The position numbers and the translations under genes are program-made. The notes below the pieces were generated by a model, which saw only the letters and a list, made by a program, of their open reading frames with translations, did no database searches and had not been told where the DNA came from. From the NCBI GenBank assembly GCA_963744145.1, contig CAVUSO010000001.1, positions 3,008,001 through 3,072,000 of the forward strand: a stretch of 64,000 nt of DNA. Reading direction: 5' to 3'. This DNA comes from an uncultured cyanobacterium (GTDB lineage: Bacteria > Cyanobacteriota > Cyanobacteriia > Cyanobacteriales > CAWUOF01). How positions within the stretch are numbered: the first letter of the stretch is position 1; every line of letters starts with the position of its first letter. Shown piece after piece: positions 11,226 to 21,388 of this stretch.

Positions 11226-13577
11226 GTGCGAATTCCGCTCGATTACTACCGGATTCTTGGCCTGCCAATTCAAGCCACTGCTGAGCAATTGGTGCAGGCA
11301 CACCGCGATCGCACCCTGCAACTTCCCAGATCCGGTTATTCCAGTGCAGCGATCGGGTCTCGAAAAAAATTGCTGGATGAAGCAGCAACGGTGCTGGGTG
11401 ACCCGCAATCACGTCAGACCTACGACACCAGTTTTCTGGCCAAAACCTACGATACTGAAACTGTCCTATCGACCGAGCTGACTTCAGCCCCAGTTGCCCC
11501 GTTGTCTGAGGTTGATCCAGATCCCCATACCCCCAGTGTGGAAATTGATGATCAGCAATTTGTAGGTGCGTTGCTCATCCTCCAAGAACTGGGAGAATAC
11601 GAGTTAGTTTTAAAGCTAGGTCGCTCCTATCTCAATAGCAGCATGAGTCTCAAAGATGAGCAGTTGCCAAACCCACAGATTGTTCGAGCCGATATCGTGT
11701 TAACTGTTGCCCTCGCTTATTTAGAACTAGGTCGAGAACAGTGGCAACAAGGTCAGTATGAAAATGCAGCCGGCTCTTTGCAAGCTGGACAAGCCTTACT
11801 GTTGCGTGAAGGTTTGTTTGCTAGTGTGCGTGGGGAAATGCAATCGGATCTCTACAAATTACGCCCATACCGCATTTTAGAATTACTAGCTAAACCAGAA
11901 GAAGATCCAGAAGAAAGACGCAAAGGCTTACAATTGCTCAAAGATATGTTGCAAGAACGCAGCGGTATTGATGGCAATAAGATCGATGGTTCGGGATTAA
12001 GCACTGATGATTTCCTCCGTTTTATTCAACAGTTACGCAGCTATTTAACCGCGAGTGAACAGCAAAACTTGTTTGAAATTGAAGCCCGTCGTCCTTCGGC
12101 AGTAGCTACTTACTTGGCAGTTTATGCTTTGTTAGCAAGAGGTTTTGCCTATGGACAGCCAGAATTGGTACATCGAGCGAAACTGATGCTCATGCGTTTG
12201 GGGCGTCATCAAGATGTACATCTGGAAGTAGCGATCTGTGCGCTGCTCCTAGGACAAACAGAAGAAGCATCTCAAGCTTTAGAACTTAGTCAAGAATATG
12301 AAGCGATCGGCTTTATTCGCGAAAATTCCCAAGGATCGACCGATCTGCTCCCAGGATTGTGTCTATATACAGAACGCTGGTTACAAGCAGAGGTATTTCG
12401 CTATTTCCGAGATTTAATCAATAAACCAGCTTCCTTAAAAGATTACTTTGCTAACCAACAAGTCCAATCCTATTTAGAAAAACTGCCCACTGAAGATGAT
12501 TCTGCTCATGAATGGGTGCCCCTCCAAAAAACCCGCTCTTCTTCACCTCAGATTAGTTTACCCCCAGCCGGAGAAAAAGAGCCATCTCAGCCCAAGTCGT
12601 CCTGGAGCATTAATCAATTTCAAACAGCTACTGCTACTCTGATTTCTAGTTTAGGCAATTCCCCAGCTAATAATGCTAAGATGCCTCAAGCTGAACGGAT
12701 GGCGGAGCGCGATCGCCAAATTGGTCGCAGAGAATCGGGTAAGATCGGTAATAATGGCACCAGAACTTGGTCAGAGCCTGAGTCGGCTGTAAGTCAACAA
12801 CCACAAGGTCTTAAAAAACCGGGGGAAAGGAAAAGCCGAGGATCAGGATTAGGTAATAATCAAACTGTAACCCAACCAGGAGGAAAGAGAGGAGTAAGTA
12901 AATCTTCTGTTCCGAAAGTTACTTGGGGAAAAAGATTAACTAATACCATTCAGTCCGTCAGAACTAAATTTAGAACGAATAATTTATCATCTAATCAGGT
13001 AATTTGGTTAGCTATGATGGTGGTGATTGGGCTGGGGTTACTCAGTTTTGTGAGTATTAATACTTATGCTTGGTTAGTGAAGACGATCGGGGAATTATCT
13101 GGTCCAAAACTAATCGCAGAATTACCTGGAGTAAGCATAAATCATCCCCCAATCACGATTCCCAATCCGAATGAGACTAACACTAGTACCGGTCCACTGA
13201 CGGAAAGCATAGCGAAACAAACCTTAGATAATTGGTTATCGATTAAAGCACAAGCATTGGGTAAAGACCATAATGTTAAAGCGTTAAAAGATATTTTAGA
13301 TAATCCGGCTCTAGCAGAATGGCAAAAAATTGCTGAGGAAGCGGAACATACTGGAAGTTATAGAGAGTATGAACATGATCTGAGTATAGATACAGTAACT
13401 GTCGATGAAAAAAATCTCGACCAAGCTACGGTTCAAGCTCAAGTAAATGAAGTTACTCAGTTTTATGAAGATGGCAAACTAAGTTATACTCAAAATGATC
13501 AAAAAATGCTCTTAGAATATAATTTAGGTCGTCAGGATGGTCAGTGGCGAATCAAATCTTGGCAAGTAAAAAAATAG
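11226..13577 (+). CDS. ftn2: Cell division protein Ftn2/ZipN (ARC6 homolog)
   Basis: N-terminal J-like MRIPLDYYRILG, one TM helix and a C-terminal IMS/DUF4101-like domain; divergent from pdhA. Confidence 0.92.
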   Translation: MRIPLDYYRILGLPIQATAEQLVQAHRDRTLQLPRSGYSSAAIGSRKKLLDEAATVLGDPQSRQTYDTSFLAKTYDTETVLSTELTSAPVAPLSEVDPDPHTPSVEIDDQQFVGALLILQELGEYELVLKLGRSYLNSSMSLKDEQLPNPQIVRADIVLTVALAYLELGREQWQQGQYENAAGSLQAGQALLLREGLFASVRGEMQSDLYKLRPYRILELLAKPEEDPEERRKGLQLLKDMLQERSGIDGNKIDGSGLSTDDFLRFIQQLRSYLTASEQQNLFEIEARRPSAVATYLAVYALLARGFAYGQPELVHRAKLMLMRLGRHQDVHLEVAICALLLGQTEEASQALELSQEYEAIGFIRENSQGSTDLLPGLCLYTERWLQAEVFRYFRDLINKPASLKDYFANQQVQSYLEKLPTEDDSAHEWVPLQKTRSSSPQISLPPAGEKEPSQPKSSWSINQFQTATATLISSLGNSPANNAKMPQAERMAERDRQIGRRESGKIGNNGTRTWSEPESAVSQQPQGLKKPGERKSRGSGLGNNQTVTQPGGKRGVSKSSVPKVTWGKRLTNTIQSVRTKFRTNNLSSNQVIWLAMMVVIGLGLLSFVSINTYAWLVKTIGELSGPKLIAELPGVSINHPPITIPNPNETNTSTGPLTESIAKQTLDNWLSIKAQALGKDHNVKALKDILDNPALAEWQKIAEEAEHTGSYREYEHDLSIDTVTVDEKNLDQATVQAQVNEVTQFYEDGKLSYTQNDQKMLLEYNLGRQDGQWRIKSWQVKK

Positions 13578-13639
13578 TGTTATTCGGGATTAATTATTAT
13601 TGGTAAATACGAGGGTAATTTAGGAAAAGATCAACAAAT

Positions 13640-14026
13640 ATGAAAACTGAATCTGATCATTTAATGCAATTAATCCAAAAAGGATTTCATCTGACAGTCG
13701 GTGCTACGATGACTCTAATCGATGCGCTACAAGAACCTCAGCAGTTAGGAGAGAATTTGTCGAAGCTAGGGTTAGAATTAGCCCAAAAGTGGACTGAAAA
13801 AGGTGAAGTAACTGAGCAAGAAGCTCGCAATTTGGTTGAGAATATTTTCACGAAATCAACTCATCCTCAGACAGAGGAAACTGCTGTTTCTCCTCCAGTT
13901 TCGACTGAATCATCGACAGCACCAGAAAAATTAGATTTGCAAGGGTCGTTACAAGAGTTGACAGCACAAATTACTGCGATACGCGCTGAATTAGAAAAAA
14001 TTCAAGATGTAGAATCTTCTGAATGA
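13640..14026 (+). CDS. Conserved hypothetical coiled-coil (phasin-like) protein
   Basis: QKGFHLTVGAT and KGEVTEQEAR motifs; C-terminal coiled coil. Confidence 0.7.
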   Translation: MKTESDHLMQLIQKGFHLTVGATMTLIDALQEPQQLGENLSKLGLELAQKWTEKGEVTEQEARNLVENIFTKSTHPQTEETAVSPPVSTESSTAPEKLDLQGSLQELTAQITAIRAELEKIQDVESSE

Positions 14027-14162
14027 TTTTTTTTTTGAGTTTTTAGATCAGCATGGAAAAATGGTTAAGAAATGATCTAATGAAGATAGGATTCGGGAGT
14101 GCAGTCGGGAAATATCCTCTGGGAATTAGTAAAAAGTAACCAAAATTAGCTAACCAACGAAT

Positions 14163-16094
14163 ATGGGAGCAGTAATTCAGTCTCAAGATCAAAAATATCA
14201 AGCGCTATTGAAAGCGATCGCTAGAATTAGAGAATCCCTTGAGCTTGATACCATTTTTAAAGCTACCGTCACCGAAGTACGTCAACTCTTAGAAGCTGAT
14301 CGAGTCGCACTATTTTACTTTAATCCAGACCAAGATTGGATAGGAGAAGTAGTCTGTGAAGATGTCAAACCTGGGATCAAGTCAGCGTTAACAATTAAAG
14401 TTCATGATCATTGTTTTAGCGATCGCTATGCTAGTGAATATCAGCAAGGAAGAATTTCGGCGATTGAGAATATTTATACAGCTAATTTGACGGATTGTTA
14501 CTTAGAAATTTTAGCTCAATTTCAAATCAGAGCTAATTTAGTTGCACCTGTGATCAAAGGAGAAAATCTCTGGGGGTTACTCTGTATTCATCAATGTACA
14601 AGACCTCGTCATTGGGAAACATCGGAAATCGAATTCATCATGCAAATATCGGCTAATTTAGGAGTAGCTTTACAACACGCTGAATATCTCAACCAAGTCC
14701 AGAAACAGATGACCCAAATAACAATGGGAGCGGAACGAGAAAAAACTTTAGCTACTATTGTTGATAAAATTCGGTGTTCTTTGGATTTGGATATTATTTT
14801 CAATACAACTACTCAAGAAGTTTTGCATTTATTTCAAGCAGACCGAGTAAGTGTATATCGATTTGCACCTGATTGGAGTGGTGATTTTGTCGCTGAATCT
14901 GTGGTTAGTGGTTGGAAAAAATTGCTGGGTATTTCGATTCGTGATACTCATTTTCAAGAAACTAAAGGAGGTCGATATATTAAAGGAGAATCCTTAGCAG
15001 TTGATGATATTTATCAAGCTGGACATAATCAATGTCATATTGAACTTTTAGAATATTTTGAAGCCAAAGCATATATAATAGTACCAATTTGTCAAGGTGA
15101 AAAATTATGGGGATTATTAGCAGCTTATCAAAATTCTAGTCCTCGTCATTGGGAAGAATATGAAATTAAATTACTCACGCAAATTGGAGTACAATTAGCA
15201 GTCGGAATTCAGCAAGCAGAGTTACTAGCTCAAACTAAAACTCAAGCAGAAGAACTAACTCAAATACTCAATCACTTACGGAAAACCCAATCCCAACTAA
15301 TTCAAAGTGAAAAAATGGCTAGTTTGGGTCAATTAGTTGCTGGAGTAGCTCACGAAATTAATAATCCGGTTAACTTTATTTATGGGAATATTACCTACAT
15401 TAGGAATTATACCAAAGATTTACTTAGATTAGTTGAACTATACCAACAGCTTTATTCTACACCTAAACCAGAAATTACCGCATTAATAGCAGAAATAGAC
15501 TTGGAATTTTTAACGGGAGACTTGTCAAAAATTTTAGCTTCAATGAAAGTAGGAGCAGAGCGAATTCGGGAATTAGTATTATCGTTGCGTAATTTTTCTC
15601 GATTAGATGAAGCGGAAATGAAGTTGGTTAATATCCACGAAGGAATTGACAGCACTCTGATGCTTTTACAGTATCGTTTAAAAGCTAATATCGAAATAGA
15701 AGTAATTAAGGAATATGGAGATTTACCCTTAGTTGAGTGTTACGTAGCTCAGATGAATCAAGTGTTTATGTATTTGTTAAATAATGCGATCGATGCTCTG
15801 GAATCCTCTGGACAAGTGACACCGATGATTAAAATTACTACTGAAGTAAGCAATGTTAGTCATGATGCTAGAGGGACAATTTTGATCAGAATTATGGATA
15901 ATGGTCCGGGGATGACTGAAGATGTGCGATCGCGTATTTTTGACCCTTTCTTTACGACTAAACCAGTTGGACAGGGGGTGGGGTTAGGATTAGCGATTAG
16001 TTATCAAATTATTGTCGAAACTCATCATGGTAATTTACAATGTTTTTCTCGACTAGGAGAGGGTGCAGAATTTTTGATCGAGATTCCGATCTAA
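14163..16094 (+). CDS. Two-GAF cyanobacteriochrome sensor histidine kinase
   Basis: GAF1 has DHCF...DCY; GAF2 has DTHFQ...QCH; HisKA AHEINNP; HATPase DNGPG and GLGLAIS. Confidence 0.88.
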   Translation: MGAVIQSQDQKYQALLKAIARIRESLELDTIFKATVTEVRQLLEADRVALFYFNPDQDWIGEVVCEDVKPGIKSALTIKVHDHCFSDRYASEYQQGRISAIENIYTANLTDCYLEILAQFQIRANLVAPVIKGENLWGLLCIHQCTRPRHWETSEIEFIMQISANLGVALQHAEYLNQVQKQMTQITMGAEREKTLATIVDKIRCSLDLDIIFNTTTQEVLHLFQADRVSVYRFAPDWSGDFVAESVVSGWKKLLGISIRDTHFQETKGGRYIKGESLAVDDIYQAGHNQCHIELLEYFEAKAYIIVPICQGEKLWGLLAAYQNSSPRHWEEYEIKLLTQIGVQLAVGIQQAELLAQTKTQAEELTQILNHLRKTQSQLIQSEKMASLGQLVAGVAHEINNPVNFIYGNITYIRNYTKDLLRLVELYQQLYSTPKPEITALIAEIDLEFLTGDLSKILASMKVGAERIRELVLSLRNFSRLDEAEMKLVNIHEGIDSTLMLLQYRLKANIEIEVIKEYGDLPLVECYVAQMNQVFMYLLNNAIDALESSGQVTPMIKITTEVSNVSHDARGTILIRIMDNGPGMTEDVRSRIFDPFFTTKPVGQGVGLGLAISYQIIVETHHGNLQCFSRLGEGAEFLIEIPI

Positions 16095-16182
16095 GAAATG
16101 AAAATTAAATAACATCATGATCTAGGTATGTAGTCAGGGTAAGAACAGAAAAAGGGTAATCAACCGATTGAGAAATTTCTGC

Positions 16183-17434
16183 TTAAAGTTTAGAGAAGAG
16201 AAGCAAAAACTCAAGACTACACAATATATCTTTCCCCCTACACTCCACACCATCACCTCCCCCCCATATCCTAAAATGCTCCAGACATTTCCACGGAAGG
16301 TGACCTTCTGGAGCCGAGATATTAAAAGTGAGATCAAGATCAGAGTAGCTCAACCACTTTCCTCCTTTTCTAAAACCAACTTGATCTGCTAGCTTAAAAT
16401 AAGCATCGTAGTAATCTACAACATCTAGCTTACTAAGCAAATTGAGCCAGATTTTCTTCTGGACTGAAAACCCAAATTTATTATTAGAATACTTTAACCA
16501 CAACTGGTCAATGATCCGCAGTTCCTCTTTTGGAAAATTACGATAGTCGTCTTCTGTTAACCATCCCTCTTCTTCCTTGTTCATAATTTTTAACATGACT
16601 CGAGCAGTTTCTTCATCTGCTTTTTTCCATTCTTGGGTTGCTAATAATCGATCAAGTTCTCTAAAATCACCTCTAGAAGTAACTAAATTTACTTGGGGTG
16701 AAGCAGACTGAGGAACAGTAGGTTGTGGACTATAAAAAATTACTAACGACTGGAGGATTTTTTCCAGTTCTGCTGGAGTGATACTCGTATTTCTACTGCA
16801 TTCATCGCCCCACTCTTCTACATCGACATAGTAGTAGGGCGATCGCTGTGAGCTAACGAGTCTTTTTGTGCCACATCCACAAATCGGACTGAGGTACTGT
16901 CAACTGCTCGGTCGTGGAAGGTTTGTGTGTTCCCGGATGTTGACCAAACTCAATGTCTACTTTTCCCAGTAAAGGGGTGTCTGCTTGAAAGGTAAACTCG
17001 CTGTCTGCACCACTTAGGCTGCGACCTGTCGCACCGACGATCAGACAGTTATTCTGGGCATTTTTGTACACAATGGAATAGTATAGAATTTCCCGGCAAA
17101 AGTTATGTTGGGGAGAAGTCATACAGGAATTGTAATCAATCCTGGAATACTGAAACCCATCTGGTACATAGGAAGGAACAAGAATCGGAATCCCCAGATC
17201 CCTTCCCAGGTTCATTAAAGAAACTTTGGTTTGTCCACTTAAACCAGTAGAGGGTCCAGAATCCGCTAGAGTATTAGAACTGCTACTGAGACAAAGCAGA
17301 ATTATTCCTGAAAATAAGAAATTCTTGGATGCGTTGCTGATTTTGGGAATGAATAAGTTTGCAGAATGATTGGAATGTTGTTTAGAATCATCCTGCTTTT
17401 TAGCAATGCCGAAATTTTTGTATAACCACTTCAT
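16183..17434 (-). CDS. Putative exported domain + GUN4-domain protein, split by a +1 frameshift at about 16856-16899
   Basis: The GUN4 frame is open from 16899 to 16183 (..SPYYYVDVEEWGDEC..DFRELDRLLATQEWKKADEET..DQLWLKYSNNKFGFSVQKKIW..GHLP) and overlaps the end of ORF 16853-17434. Removing one base joins them into a 416-aa protein. Confidence 0.7.
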
Positions 17435-17560
17435 AAAATGAAATCCATTAGATTTGCTAATAGTTTACAACTTCATTGACTCGTGAGCTCGCACTCCAGA
17501 ATAAAAACAAAATTTCTCGGTGCGGACTGGTAGTCATCGCATCCAGGAACAAAAACACCG

Positions 17561-17971
17561 CTAGCTTTCATTCCTAATTAACCATTGTTTAATTTCTAAT
17601 GGTAACTCTTTTTTACTTCTGCTGCTTGGATCGATACAGATATGTCTGGTAGTTGCTTGAGCTAGTAACTTATCTCCCGTTGTGTGATAAATTTGATATT
17701 CAATTTCAAACTTATTTTCGGTTAACTGTTTAGGACTTAAATTAATCCTGATGCGATCGCCACAAAATAGGGGACTAAAAAAATCAATACTAGCATGAAC
17801 AATGGGAATTGCAAATACCTGATTCTGAAAAAATACTTTTAGATCAATTTCAGATTGAGCTAGGGAATCTTCATAAGCTTCATGACAGATCCCGAAAATA
17901 TTAGCAAAATAAACTACCCCAGCTGCATCAGTATCTTGAAAATGAATAGTGCGATTATAAATAAATCCCAT
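17561..17971 (-). CDS. 1,4-dihydroxy-2-naphthoyl-CoA thioesterase (hotdog fold)
   Basis: [14 protein letters not shown] and CHEAYE motifs, typical of the cyanobacterial DHNA-CoA hydrolase. Confidence 0.8.
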   Translation of the reverse strand: MGFIYNRTIHFQDTDAAGVVYFANIFGICHEAYEDSLAQSEIDLKVFFQNQVFAIPIVHASIDFFSPLFCGDRIRINLSPKQLTENKFEIEYQIYHTTGDKLLAQATTRHICIDPSSRSKKELPLEIKQWLIRNES

Positions 17972-18015
17972 ACCAGTGTATCATCTAGAGGTGAAATTGA
18001 CAAATATTGGTTGTA

Positions 18016-19653
18016 ATGATGCTGAGTCCCCAAAAATGGCTAGAAGATACCTCAAGTTTAACCCCCGAACTCCGGTTAGTGATTAAGGTAGCAATAGTCT
18101 TTTTTACCCTCAGCTTGATTTTATTACTATATCGACATTACAGTCTGTATGACGCTTATGACCAGGGACTTTTTAATCAAGTTTTCTGGAATAGTATGCA
18201 AGGTAGACTATTTGAGGGTTCTCTATCTTCTGCATTATCTACTAATGTGATTCATGGAGGTAATGTCCCAGAAGTATTTTATCGTCACCTCGGTCAGCAT
18301 TTTAACCCGATTTTTCTGCTGTGGTTACCTATTTATAGTTTATTTCCGACGGTAATTACCCTGACAATGATCCAAATTGTGTTGGTGACAGCAGCAGGAA
18401 TGGTGCTGTATGCTTTAGCTCGTCAACACTTAGAACCCAAAGTATCAGCAGCGATCGCAATTAGTTTTTATGGAGCGAATCCAGTCATTGGTCCGACTTT
18501 AAATAATTTCCATGATTATAGTGCGCTCCCACTCATGATGTTTACCTTATTTTTAGCATTGGAAAAAAGATGGTGGTGGTTTTTTGCTCTGATGCTAATT
18601 TTAGCGTTAGGAGTGCGCGAAGATGCGGGAGTAGCAGTATTTAGTTTGGGAGTTTATTTAATTTTCAGTCGTCGTTATCCTCGGATTGGGATCGTCGTTT
18701 GTATATGTAGTCTTGCTTATATTCTAATTACCACTACTTTAATTATGCCACAATTTTCAGCCGATGTGTCTGAGCGCATGATTGTGGAAAAGTTTGGACA
18801 ATATACTGATGGTAAACCGACTTCTACACCTGAAGCAATTTTGGCGATCGTTACCCATCCAGACAAAATTATCCAAGAATTGTTTTCCCGTTTTCCTCGC
18901 AAAATTCAGTATTTATTGGGACAGGGACTCCCCTTGTTATTTATTCCAGTGATTTCGATCGATACTTGGTTAACAGCAGGATTTCCTCTATTACAACTTT
19001 TATTAATGAAAGGTCAATCAGCACTAGCAATCAATATTCGCTATGCTATGTTACCAGTAGCAGGATTATTTTATGGGACAATTCTCTGGTGGACTAAATA
19101 TCCAGATTTGTTTCGCTCTTCCATCTGGTCCCGCAGGTTTTGGCAAATTTGTGTGGGACTTTCCTTATTTTTTACTCTGACTTCCAATCCTAATCAAACT
19201 TTTTCTTGTATTTTTCCAGACGCAATTCAACCTTGGGTATATATAAATCCAGTGCGTCAGTGGGAACATATTGGACAAGTCCAGCAACTTTTTCGACAAA
19301 TTCCTCCTCAATCAAGTGTAGCAGCAACAACTTTTCTACTTCCCCAACTTTCTGCTCGACGAGCGATCGTGCGATTTCCGGAGTTACGACAAATCCGTAA
19401 TGATGCTGGACAAGTGGAAAATGTGGAGTATATCATGGCTGATCTATGGAGATTAGAGCAATATCAGTCCGCATTTAAACCAGAACGTCAACTCCTGAAA
19501 GATAGTATTGCTTTGATTGACAAAATTGTGCAAAACCAGGAATATGGTATGCTCAATTGTTTAGATGGAGTAGTTTTATTAGGTCGTTCTGCTCGGTCAA
19601 ATCCGATAGCGATCGCTAATTGGATTGCTTTTCAACAAAGTTTAGTTAAATAA
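18016..19653 (+). CDS. DUF2079 family polytopic membrane protein, copy 1 (putative GT-C glycosyltransferase)
   Basis: YDQGLFNQVFWN, LGQHF, NFHD, REDAG and INIRY motifs; many TM helices. Confidence 0.8.
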   Translation: MMLSPQKWLEDTSSLTPELRLVIKVAIVFFTLSLILLLYRHYSLYDAYDQGLFNQVFWNSMQGRLFEGSLSSALSTNVIHGGNVPEVFYRHLGQHFNPIFLLWLPIYSLFPTVITLTMIQIVLVTAAGMVLYALARQHLEPKVSAAIAISFYGANPVIGPTLNNFHDYSALPLMMFTLFLALEKRWWWFFALMLILALGVREDAGVAVFSLGVYLIFSRRYPRIGIVVCICSLAYILITTTLIMPQFSADVSERMIVEKFGQYTDGKPTSTPEAILAIVTHPDKIIQELFSRFPRKIQYLLGQGLPLLFIPVISIDTWLTAGFPLLQLLLMKGQSALAINIRYAMLPVAGLFYGTILWWTKYPDLFRSSIWSRRFWQICVGLSLFFTLTSNPNQTFSCIFPDAIQPWVYINPVRQWEHIGQVQQLFRQIPPQSSVAATTFLLPQLSARRAIVRFPELRQIRNDAGQVENVEYIMADLWRLEQYQSAFKPERQLLKDSIALIDKIVQNQEYGMLNCLDGVVLLGRSARSNPIAIANWIAFQQSLVK

Positions 19654-19699
19654 GAAATTATTTGACTTTCATCAGCTTAAGATTAAGAATCGCTAGGGG

Positions 19700-21379
19700 A
19701 TGATTGGAAAAATGCTGAGGGAAAAGAGGTGGTTGACAGTTGGGCAAAATCTGTCTTCTGAATTACAATTAGTGATTAAAGTCGCGATCGCTTTTTTTAC
19801 GGTCTGTTTCCTACTATTGCTCTATCGACATTATAGTTTTTATGATTCCTATGATCAAGGGATTTTTAACCAACTGTTTTGGAATAGTATCCAAGGTAGG
19901 TTATTTGAAGGATCTTTATCTTCGTCTCTCTCTACTAATGTATTAAATGCTGGTCAAGTACCAGAAGTATTTTATCACCATTTAGGACAACATTTTAATC
20001 CAATTTTTCTGCTGTGGTTACCTCTTTATGCTGTATTTCCTGGGATTATTACTCTGATTTTGATCCAGGTTAGTTTAATGACCGCATCAGGTTTGGTATT
20101 ATATGCGTTAGCTCGTCAATATTTAATTCCTCAGATATCCGCAATGATCGCAATTAGCTGGTATGGAGCTAATACGGTAATTGGTCCGACTTTGGGAAAT
20201 TTCCATGACTATAATTCCCTCCCACTCATGCTATTTACTTTATTCTTAGCATTGGAAAAAAAGTGGTGGTGGTTATTTTCAGGAATGGCAATTTTGACTT
20301 TAGCAGTTCGGGAAGATGCGGGAGTTGCGCTCTTTAGTGTGGGAGTTTATTTAATTTTCAGTCGTCGTTATCCCCGGATCGGATTAGCTATTTGTACCTT
20401 GAGTCTCAGTTATATTCTGATTGTGACTAATTTAATTATGCCACAATTTTCTGCTGATGTTTCTCAGCGCATGATTGTGGAAAGATTTGGACAATATACC
20501 GATGAACAACCTACTTCTACAATAGAAGCAATTTTGGCAATAATTACCCATCCAGATAAGATTTTTCAAGAAATATTCTCACGCTTTCCTGATAAAATTC
20601 GTTATTTACTTGGACATTGGCTCCCCTTAGCATTTATTCCCGCAATTTCGGTAGATGCTTGGTTGATTTCAAGTTTTCCATTGCTCCAAATTATGCTCAT
20701 GAAAGGTCATTCAGTGCTAGCAATTAATATTCGATATGTGATGTTAATTGTCCCCGGATTTTTTTATGGTACTATTCTCTGGTGGAGTAAACACCCAGAT
20801 GCTTTTAAATCCTCGATCAAATGGTCTAATTTCTCTATTCCTAGACGCAGATTTTGGCAATTTTGTATTGGTCTTTCTTTATTCTTTACCGTGACATCTA
20901 ATCCTAATCAAACTCTTTCTTTTTTACTTCCTGATGCAATTATCCCTTGGGTCCATATCAATCCAATTCGTCAATGGGAACATATCAGTCAGATCCATCA
21001 AGTTTTAGATCAGATTCCTACTCAAACAAGTGTCAGTGCTACAAATTTTTTGATTCCTCCACTGTCCGATCGACGTGCAATTGTGCGATTTCCCCTATTG
21101 ATGCAAATTCGTAATGATGCTGGGATGGTGGAAAATGTTGAATATATTGTAGCAGATCTATGGCGTTTTCAGCAATATCAGTCTGCTTTTAAACCAGAAC
21201 GTCAATATTTGCAAAAAAGTGTTGCTCTGATTGACCAATTTTTACAGAATCAACAGTATGGTATTCTGGATTTTCAGGATGGAGTGATTTTGTTAGGTCC
21301 AATTACTCAAGCGAATCCAACTGCGATCGCGAATTGGATTGGGTTTCGACAAGATTTACTCCCAATTATAAGTAAGTAG
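19700..21379 (+). CDS. DUF2079 family polytopic membrane protein, copy 2
   Basis: Full-length paralog of copy 1 with the same motifs. Confidence 0.8.
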   Translation: MIGKMLREKRWLTVGQNLSSELQLVIKVAIAFFTVCFLLLLYRHYSFYDSYDQGIFNQLFWNSIQGRLFEGSLSSSLSTNVLNAGQVPEVFYHHLGQHFNPIFLLWLPLYAVFPGIITLILIQVSLMTASGLVLYALARQYLIPQISAMIAISWYGANTVIGPTLGNFHDYNSLPLMLFTLFLALEKKWWWLFSGMAILTLAVREDAGVALFSVGVYLIFSRRYPRIGLAICTLSLSYILIVTNLIMPQFSADVSQRMIVERFGQYTDEQPTSTIEAILAIITHPDKIFQEIFSRFPDKIRYLLGHWLPLAFIPAISVDAWLISSFPLLQIMLMKGHSVLAINIRYVMLIVPGFFYGTILWWSKHPDAFKSSIKWSNFSIPRRRFWQFCIGLSLFFTVTSNPNQTLSFLLPDAIIPWVHINPIRQWEHISQIHQVLDQIPTQTSVSATNFLIPPLSDRRAIVRFPLLMQIRNDAGMVENVEYIVADLWRFQQYQSAFKPERQYLQKSVALIDQFLQNQQYGILDFQDGVILLGPITQANPTAIANWIGFRQDLLPIISK

Positions 21380-21388
21380 AGCTAGATC

